A stretch of DNA of 64,000 bases from the NCBI RefSeq assembly GCF_006345805.1, contig NC_042999.1, positions 97,464,001-97,528,000 on the forward strand, in the 5' to 3' direction. Position numbers and translations under genes: made by a program. Origin of the DNA: Octopus sinensis. Its lineage: Eukaryota. Positions 54,960 through 64,000 of the stretch are shown piece by piece (within the stretch, counting starts at the first letter, position 1; each line of letters begins with the position of its first letter). The notes beneath the pieces are model-generated. The model searched no databases and was not told where the DNA came from. It saw nothing but the letters and a program-made list of their open reading frames with translations.

Positions 54960-56141
54960 TTTGTAAAATTCAGGTAAAAACCTCATAACATGCACTTAAG
55001 AACTCTTATGTCCCACGGTAGGTTATATTCCAGGGCTGGATACATGTGTGGAGCTTCTCTTTACATAAGATTAATTCAAGGATAATACAACAGGGGGATG
55101 AAGGATAACAGGCTTTAATAGTAGATCACAACATTTGTTTCTGCATCACACCTCTGCTTTAAGCTGCTGAGTTTATATTCATATACCATTATAGAAGATC
55201 ATTCTTTATAATTACTATAATTACTATATAGTTGAATGTTCTTCAGCAACAGCTGTGTGTGGACACTTCATCGGATGGAATACAATTCTGTGTGTATATA
55301 TATACATATATATGTGTGTGTGTGTGTGTGTGTGTATAATAAATGAAAAAGTATATTGTAAATAAGCAAACACCAGTTAAAAAATGTATAATTTTATACA
55401 GAGTGTACAACTGGATAGGAGGCAGACACAGAAGGTCCCTAATTCTTCATCAATTAGCAACCAGATCATTATATTCTCTGCAACTTTTGCAGGTACCACC
55501 AGCATGGGAAGTTCCCAGTCTTATCTTTAACAGTGCAAAACTGAGTAATGCCATCTGGTTGATAACTGATAAAGAATTAGGGACCTTCTGTGTCTGTTTT
55601 CCGTCCAGTTGTACACTCAGTATATATTATACATTTTTTACCTGTCATTTGTTTATTTACAATACATTTTTTTATTTAAGTAATAGACCACAATGCACCC
55701 CGACTTTTGTATATACACACACACACACACATGCGCACACACATATATCAAAAGATATTTACAATGAAATAGTAAAGATAAAACTGAAAGTATATATAAA
55801 AATAAAACTGAGACAAAACAAATTAATTAAAATTTTACATATCATTTAAATACCAAAGGAGACTTCTGAATCATCCTGTATCAAATAATATTCATATGGA
55901 AACAAGCCATAAGGGAATTAATACTGGGACAGAAGATTCAATTTACCAGAAGCATACTGCCAACCCTATAATAATCACAACTCATATATTATATAATACT
56001 CATCTAGGGACATCTACTACCCATTGGAGAATTAAAACCTGAACAGCATCTTCAGATCAGAAGAAACATACTAGCAAGTCTATAATGATCATTACTTATC
56101 CAGACATCTTAAGTATTAGGCAGCTAGAAACAGACACTTAC

Positions 56142-56213
56142 CTTGGACCTTCTGGCTTCTTTCCAGTTGTTTAGCAAAATGTAAGCATAAGCTTCATTTA
56201 CACCATCTTCAGA
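56142..56213 (-). CDS. Probable gene A exon (SEDGVNEAYAYILLNNWKEARRSK)
   Basis: Acceptor tataattttaatcAG, donor AAG/GTAAGT, 72 nt. Only frame 0 is open. Confidence 0.7.
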
Positions 56214-57780
56214 CTGATTAAAATTATATTTATATTTTCAGGTGAAAGATAGCAGGGAAGATCTAATTAATTGATTAAAGTGGTAAATATTGATTAGAGA
56301 TTGAAGATAAGTTGGGTGGGGGTTACATGAATCTAGTCTAGGGAAGATTTGAAGTAAAAGATAAGGGTTGGGGCGAGATCTGAATAGTCTTGGAAGGATT
56401 AGAAGTGGGCGATACAAGTGGTGGTCACAGAAATTTGAAAGGGATTAGAAACAGAGGGTGGTGGTGGTGGTGGTGATGGTATGGAGGAGAGGGGTTATCT
56501 GAAAAGTCTAGTGTATGGAGGATTAGAAGTGAAGAATAAGAGTGGTGACCTAAGAAAATAATATGTTTTGAAATGATTATAGGTGGTGGCCAGGGGTGAA
56601 AGTTATTAGAGTATAAGGATTATTAGATGTAGAAGATAGAAGTAATGGTAGATAAGAGGTGGATGATAGTAAAGACAGTCAGAGAAAGCTATGAGATTGA
56701 TTAGAGTAGATGGATAAGGTTAGTGGTCAAAGACATTTAGGGAAGATTAGAAGAGAATAGGGGCACAAAGAAAAATCTCTGTACTTGGCCAGGGGCTGGG
56801 ATAAAAGTGGAGGATATAGAAGGGGACTACAGGAACCTGAAAAACATCTAAAACATCAAGTATTGATCTCTTATATAAATAATTTTTCACAATAGCAAAA
56901 ACTTCACCAATTTGTAAGGCAGAGTTAGGGTTACAACCATATGAATAAACTGTTGTACAAGACTACTACATGTGTTAGTAACTCACTGGTGGTATTATAT
57001 AATTTAAAAGGTAAGAAGGTCTTGTTTGTGTGGATAAGGGAAGGGTAGAAATTTTATTCATTAGGCTGATGAGTATTGATTAGAATATTAATCATGTATT
57101 TCATCATTTTAAACTACAATTCAGTCATAATATTCTAACATTTCCTTGACATGTCAGCCAGTACAAGCAAAATACTGAACAACCGGTTGTTTAGAAATCA
57201 TATATATATATATTTTGTAATAACCATTTTGTGATAACTACAGTTTTGTGTAAATAATAAACAAGAGTTTTAGATACTACCTTACTTCCACACCATGGAC
57301 ATTTATTATTAAGTTGAGAAACAAACTTGAGCTTACAGCCACATAATTATATATAATATATATATATATACACACACACACACGCGCGCATGTGTGTGTG
57401 TATGTGTGTGTGTGTGTGTGTGGTGTGTGTGTGTATACAGACACATACATACATACATCACAATTAAATATATATATATGATCAAGTTTGTTTTTCTGTA
57501 CCATTCATCGAGAAGTTTCATAAAAGGTTCATCAAAAATACATCCTGGTATATTTTAAGTAATGTGTGTTTGTGTGTGTGAGTGTGTTTGAGTGTGTGAC
57601 GGGGGGAGGCGTATTGACTGTAAGTGACTGAGCATTCTGTAGGCACAGGCCTCCACACATCTACCCAATTTCATTCACAATGCTTGAATGACTTGAGTTA
57701 TTTGTGCCTTGCATAAAGATCAGATCAGAGTCCTTGTAATTTTGATGGGAATTTCTTAACCATTCTACCATGCTGCATCA

Positions 57781-57812
<32 letters not shown>

Positions 57813-58609
57813 TAAATTGATCAAAATAAAAACATGATGCGAAGGATTCAGCGGTACATATGTTTCGGGCCTTTATTAGACAGATTTATAACAATGCATA
57901 ATGTATATAGATAGATAGATAGATAGATATATAGTCAATCAAAACATGAACAAGCAAGAAAAAACAACAATGTGAGGACGTGGAATAAGTACAGTGTTAT
58001 TGGACACTCAGGAAAGGAAAGAAGAGGATTTCACGTTTCAAGCAGAGCTCTTCATCAGAAATATAGAAAAAGTCCAAAGAAGGGAAGACGGAGAAAGAAA
58101 ATCGCCAATGATACACACACAGTCACATGTATATATGTATATATATATAAAACAAACGATAGAGATGGAAAATGGAATAGACAGGAAACTTTATTGTTCA
58201 CAATGATCGTTTTGACACACCCTGCATCAATCCCTTGCAGATGGGAAATTATATGACTAGCTGTGGTGCATTCCTTGCTGCAGAAGCTTCTCAGCAGGTA
58301 TCATAATAAGAAATATCTCATTAAAAGAGCTCTGTTTTACTCAGATTTAATACAGCATGTTGTTAGTGTCCGTAGGTTAAGGTTTTTGGGCAAGAATGGC
58401 AAGGGACAGTTTCTGTGGATGTTGTCTGGTTGTTATTGACAGTGACCATGCTTTATCAGTATACTACTACAAATGTACCCAACACTTGAATATTAACTTA
58501 TATACATATAACTATATATATATACATATAAACATACATGTGTGTGTAAACAAACATACACACATGTGCAAACACACCCCTCTTGAGATGCCCCTGTGGC
58601 AAATAAAAG

Positions 58610-58790
58610 AAAAATCCAGGTTTTATTGGAGCTCCTGGAGTCTTGCATGTGTAGTGGCCTTACTACCTGCAGCCTATGGTACCATGTTATTTGTCCTTTT
58701 CAGCTATCTAATACTTTCCTGATTATTTTGGCCATGCCAAGGAAGCAAACCATTTGTAACTGTTCAAGTGAGCACTCTATTCCAATTTCC
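58610..58790 (-). mobile_element. Dong/R4-type LINE 3' end remnant
   Basis: IGIECSLEQLQMVCFLGMAKIIRKVLDS* resembles the RLE-LINE terminal LQKxxLLGTAxIxRxVL motif. Confidence 0.6.
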
Positions 58791-58821
58791 TTTATATTCC
58801 TCTTGATGCCTTTTGTTATTA

Positions 58822-58853
<32 letters not shown>

Positions 58854-58854
58854 G

Positions 58855-59458
58855 AGTGAGAGAGCAGTTCATGCCATCAAAGTGACACTGGGGTAAAATA
58901 TACGAAGCCCAATATACCCATCATGACTACCCGTCTGATAAGGGTACACCAGGCACATGCATCACAACCATATGTGCGCGACATGGTGATCTCATATCAA
59001 GATAAACAGCACATGACCTTGCAGGTGGGGCCCAATTATAATTTTCTTCAGGTTGAGTAGCCCATCCTGCTCAAAAGGTTCCTGAATAAGGGTTGTTTAA
59101 GGATGTTGAAAGAACCACCCATGTTTCCAGAGGTGAATTATTTAAACCCCAAAGAATCCCTCTCAACACATGGCTATGATGCTCCCCCACTACTTCTGCT
59201 CGTGATCAGAGATGCACATATTGTCAGCCACTAAGGGACATGCTCAACTGGTTAAAGTCAAACAACTGACAAGCAAATCTGTGGTACTGAGCAGAATATT
59301 TGCTGTAGCCCATCTTTTATACCAAGACAAAACAATGTACATGATAACACTTCCAATCAGTTAAGATCAGAAGCCATGAGAGCCACTGCCTGGTACTGCA
59401 TCAGGGCATTGTACATGATAACACTTCCAATCAGTTAAGATCAGAAGCCATGAGAGAT
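58855..59458. repeat. ~600-bp interspersed repeat of unknown class between (TTA)n tracts
   Basis: Sharp compositional boundaries at the TTA tracts. A ~47-bp terminal segment is duplicated (59336-59382 and 59412-59458). No ORF. Confidence 0.4.
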
Positions 59459-59544
59459 TATTATTATTATTATTTCTTTAAAATAAAATATAGTCCATTG
59501 TCTTCTACTGAACCGGGGTCATCCCTTGACCCTAGGGTCACAGC

Positions 59545-59900
59545 AGGTCCTCATCTCATGGAGAGGACATGGCATAAAATGTGTGCAGAACCAAGCAAGA
59601 CTATTTTCTGAAGCTCTCCCATGTTAATACTGCAAGGGAGTTTGTTGAGCTGCTTATCAAGGCCCTTTTTAATTAACCCTAATACTCCAATCACCACTGG
59701 TGCCGTGCTGCTTTTCATTCCCTGCATCTTGGTCACTTCTATTTCTTGGTCTTTGTACTTAAATAACTTCTCAACTCCTTTAATGGACACATTTCTCTCT
59801 GATGATACCATCACATCTATCATTAAGCATTTCTTATTCTTCCCATCTTTGATGACTATGTCCGGCTTTTTGCCTTGATTTCTTTATCGTTTTGATTGGC
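59545..59900 (-). mobile_element. Dong/R4-type LINE 3' end
   Basis: MIDV...VEKLFKYKDQEIEVTKM...PVVIGVLGLIKKG...ELQKIVLLGSAHILCHVLSMR*. Confidence 0.85.
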
Positions 59901-60602
59901 ATGTCCTAGAGTATTGTTGTCAACCTTGCCCAGATCTGTGCCTTGGAGGGGAAGGTTCTAGGTGCAATCTCATGGTCATTCATGACTGAAGGGGGTCTTT
60001 ATATTATACAATGATATGTAATTGTCAGATCCAAGGATCTACATGTAGGAAGTTAGTAAGCTTCAAGCAGTTCATCCAAAGTATAAGAAACAACTTTCAG
60101 GAACAATAATAGTTTATTGGCATAGAAGGTTGTAGGGTTTTTTTGCATATTGAAGTTCAATAGGCTGAAAAATGTTTCTTTATAGTTCACAGTTAGTATC
60201 TAGGGTTGCTATGAATGTAAATAAAAATCCAGATTTAGGGAATGGAGCAGGTACAATCCAGGCTACATATGTTTCTTAGCTAGCAGAACCTCAGTAATTA
60301 TTACTTCCAAGGTTCTGCAAGCTATTAAACATATGTAACCTGGATTTTACCTGCTCCATTCCCTCACTTTGTATACACACACACATCGGAGTTGCCTCCC
60401 TTCGAAAATAATTTTGTCAATTATGCAAAAGATTACGGATATAATTTTAACATTGAATAAATTTTTTTTTGCTCACTGCTTTTGGTATTTAATGTCCATT
60501 CAAATATAAATACTTTCCATTAAGAGCTACCCTCAAAATATTTCCCATGCCATTAATTTTTTTTTTGTCTAACCAATGAATGTTTTATGCTTATAACTTA
60601 TA

Positions 60603-61180
60603 TTCTTTTCTACTCTAGGCACAAGGCATGAAACTTTGGGACAGGGGACCAGTCGATTTGATCGACTTCAGTACGCAACTGGTACTTAATTTATCGACCC
60701 CGAAAGGATGAAAGGCAAAGTCGACCTCGGCGGAATTTGAACTCACAACGTAACGCAGACGAAATACCTATTTCTTTATTACCCACAAGGGGCTAAACAC
60801 AGAGGGAACAAACAAGGACAGACATAGGTATTAAGTCGATTACATCGACCCCAGTGCGTAACTGGTACTTAATTTATCGACCCCGAAAGGATGAAAGGCA
60901 AAGTCGACCTCCGCGGAATTTGAACTCACAACGTAACGCAGACGAAATACCTATTTCTTTATTACCCACAAGGGGCTAAACACAAAGGGAACAAGCAAGG
61001 ACAGACATAGGTATTAAGTCGATTACATCGACCCCAGTGCATAACTGGTACTTAATTTATCGACCCCGAAAGGATGAAAGGCAAAGTCGACCTCGGCGGA
61101 ATTTGAACTCACAACGTAACGCAGACGAAATACCGCTAAGCATTTCGCCCGGTGTGCTAACGTTTCTACCAGCTCACTAC
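60603..61180 (-). repeat. SINE with a 183-bp segment tandemly triplicated
   Basis: GAAAGGATGAAAGGCAAAGTCGACC at 60702, 60885 and 61068. Confidence 0.9.
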
Positions 61181-61250
61181 CTTTTTATGCTTACAACTTA
61201 TATTATCACACCCATTGTAAGGTCCGGTAAACATGAGTAAGAGCATGTTT

Positions 61251-61534
61251 TTTCTTCATCTGACTCAAAGAATATCGAAGTTGGTGTACCAGGAACAGAT
61301 AGATCTTCTCCACGTGGAACTGGGCGAATAGTTAATAGAATGTTTGCATATTCAATGGACTCTTTTTTCTTCTTTCCCATGCCCTTTTTTACTGGAGGTA
61401 CCATGCAGAAATAACAATTGTTGGTATGGTCTGTTGGTTCCCGACACGTCATTGGCATAACAAAAGACATTCCTTTCCTCTTCCTGTTCAACTATTGGCG
61501 AAGGCTAGTAGCACAAGTGTTGCAGTACATGTGA
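61251..61534 (-). mobile_element. Inverted duplicate of transposase segment 63203-63487
   Basis: The reverse complement matches 63203-63487 almost exactly, with sharp ends. Confidence 0.9.
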
Positions 61535-62583
61535 TATGTGCACCCTGGAAAATGGTAAACCTTTAAAAAATGCCTTGTTCTTTTCAGAAAACAAATCTTT
61601 CACACAGTCTTGAAATACTAAGAAATACTGAGGTCTTATTTTTTAATAGGGTATTAATTCAATCGAATGTGAATAAATCGTGATCGCGAGTATTTATCCA
61701 CTCGGGAAGATTACAAAACAAATACAAATCCCATGAGAAGTTTTGCTGATAATCGAAGGGAAATGACTCGGCATTTCAAACACTTTGGTGTGTTTTACTG
61801 ATTATGTGCACATTATTGTTAAATATCTAAATATTCCTGCATATATTTTAGACATTTCTTCCACACTACACAAAGTAAACAAACACTCATACACCATATG
61901 AAGGGAAACAACTCTGATGCACTTATTAGAAGCTATAACTTCTATCTTAATGACATAAAGAACGAACATCTTTAACAGTATGATTAAAAGTTATATTTAT
62001 TTCCATATTTTCTATATAGATAGAAAATTTAACTGAAAAATAAGGATATATTATATTACGGTGACTTCTGTAATGCTTTAATTGTTTGACTTTTCCATTT
62101 TGTCACATTGGTTCTAATACGATGAAAGTCAGTTGCGGTTACAAGTTTACAAAATTGAGTTATTGATCAGTAGTTTTGTATATATAACCATTAATTTGTA
62201 AATGTTGCTTTGACTTTCTCATATCACAGAGGAATATATTTTCCAGTCGCTGAGATTAATCTGGTGTCAGTTCTCTCTAACTATTCATTTAACATAGTGT
62301 CTTAATCTTAATAATAATTTTGCCATTAATTTAATTATATTAACAAATCAAATATTGCCGTACTAGCTCTCTATACATTGTCTAATTCAAAACACATTCA
62401 TGTTTCATCAACTTCACATGTTCAAAACCTTATTAAGAAAATAGCGATCTGTATTTTATAGACGTGTTTATAAGACAAACTGACTGAAAACGAATAACGC
62501 AGTTTAGGAGGTTTTCAACCTACATACACTTTTGAATTTGTATGTATATAGCTAATTTTGAACTAATATTCCATCACAAATAA

Positions 62584-63875
62584 CACTGGTCAACAACCAA
62601 AATATTTCTGAGACCAGAGTAGCAATTTCCAACTAATTTTAGGTTGCTAGGTCGCTGATAATGGATATCATAGTTAAAACTTTGTTAGTTCTATTTTCCA
62701 AGATATATGTTCGTGTCACGACAGGTTCCGACAGGCTTGCGGCAGTATGTTTCTTACTGCACTTACAGTCCCACTGCCCTTCATTATTGTTCCAGCAGTC
62801 ATAGAAGGTGGTTGTACTGTGCAAGTTTATACAGAGGTGAAAAGTAAGTGATTTTCCTAGTCAAACACATTTTAAACTCATAATAAATATTCATTGAGCA
62901 AGCTATTGATATGCATGTGAAACATTTTATATTAATTTTATTTTTCTACTGAATGATATAAACACTTCTGCTAATGATACTTTTATGATAAATTTATGAA
63001 CGAATTTTCTGTTTATCTGCTGACTGTTTGTTTTCCTCTTTAAAATGCCTTGCACTTGTGTGAATAAGGCAGATAACTTCTGCTACATTTGTGATGAGGT
63101 GACCTTTGCAACGCAGAAGCGCTGTATAATTACTATGGTTACAAAGGTATATCGCCTATATTTTGGATGCTAGATTGGCGACCAGGATAAGAAGTGGGTT
63201 CCTCACATGTGCTGCAACACTTGTGCTACTAGCCTTCGCCAATAGTTGAACAGGAAGAGGAAAGGAATGTTTTTTGTTGTGCCAATGACGTGTCGGGAAC
63301 CAATAGACCATACCAACAATTGTTATTTCTGCATGGTACCTCCAGTAAAAAAAGGGCATGGGAAAGAAGAAAAAAGAGTCCATTGAATATGCAAACATTC
63401 TATTAACTATTCGCCCAGTTCCACGTGGAGAAGATCTATCTGTTCCTGGTACACCAACTTCGATATTCTTTGAGTCAGATGAAGAAAGTGGTGAGGAGGA
63501 AGTAAAGAAAAATGATAGTGCTGAATTACAGAGTGACCCAAATTTTGATGAAACACACTCCTCTAGACCACATCTCATAACACAAGGGGAACGCCATGAC
63601 CATGTCAAGGATCTACAACTACCTGAGAATAAGGCTGGGCTGCTAGGCTATCGTCTTCAACAGTGGAATCTCCTAATAGCTGATGTGAAGATTTCAAAAT
63701 TTAATGACAGTCAACAGCAGTTCGGCAATTTCTTCATAATGGAAAGTGATTCATTGGCCTGCAAAAATATTAATGGTCTGATGGAAGCACTTGATATTGA
63801 ATAAGAACAGTCACGGAAGGCTGTTCATAGATTCATGAAAAACTTGTCTGAAAGGTGTCTTGTTGCATTAGTGAA
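62584..63875 (+). mobile_element. 3'-truncated, inactivated Chapaev3/CMC-like DNA transposon
   Basis: Begins TAA-CACTGGTCAACAA. ATG at 63045 reads MPCTCVNKADNFCYICDE...YFGC*IGDQDKKWVPHMCCNTC...REP.DH..NCYFC...RPVP...LFIDS*KTCLKGVLLH, with stops and a frameshift. The family name is from recalled motif similarity. Confidence 0.7.
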
Positions 63876-63884
63876 AGAAACTTA

Positions 63885-64000
63885 CGAACGAAGTTGACTC
63901 CCAACACAAAATTGCAGACATAACCTTCACTGCCACCGACATCGTAGCAGCAATAAATGAGGTCAAACATTACTCTGCTGTAGGCCCTGATAGATTTCCC
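63885..64000 (+). mobile_element. Start of a LINE reverse-transcriptase fragment running off the window
   Basis: KIADITFTATDIVAAINEVKHYSAVGPDRFP resembles the pre-RT I...L....A.GPDG motif. Confidence 0.6.

Noticed and set aside
55225-55285. CCGATGAAG/CTGAAGA motifs on the minus strand
   Set aside because: No GAAA or stems in the right register; at best a very decayed repeat.
57060-57100. CTGATGAG followed by AT-rich sequence
   Set aside because: No downstream GAAA or stem II, so it is a chance heptamer.
62745-62830. Exon-like segments on both strands (minus QPPSMTAGTIMKGSGT with GTAAGT donor; plus DICSCHDRFRQAC...)
   Set aside because: They lie inside the 5' non-coding region of the Chapaev-like transposon (terminus at 62584). 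Exonisation is possible but unsupported.

Overview
AT-rich, microsatellite-saturated animal genomic DNA. The repeat landscape (tRNA-headed SINEs, (GAT)n-tailed RTE-type SINEs, TTAA-flanked MITEs, mariner, Dong/R4, CR1, Chapaev-like) looks like an octopus/cephalopod genome; that assignment is inference. Most ORFs in the supplied track are translations of simple repeats or decayed transposons. By hand I find a minus-strand multi-exon gene that I cannot name: eight phase-compatible GT-AG exons from 38689 down to a stop at 22469, plus upstream exon candidates at about 51.1 kb and 56.2 kb. A lone minus-strand exon encoding a transmembrane-like helix lies at 497-597. The most striking non-coding signal is a set of hammerhead-ribozyme motifs from three or four sequence-unrelated repeat families, all with a palindromic stem III. 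These include a full type I hammerhead inside a long hairpin (54657-54838, with a second partial copy at 1-75) and a minimal hammerhead in the tail of a tRNA-headed SINE-like element present as a head-to-head dimer (47210-48287). Also present are a 14-copy ~157-bp satellite, several near-perfect hairpins, a three-layer nested MITE/SINE insertion and an inverted duplication of a dead transposase segment. All analysis was manual; coordinates of decayed repeats are approximate.
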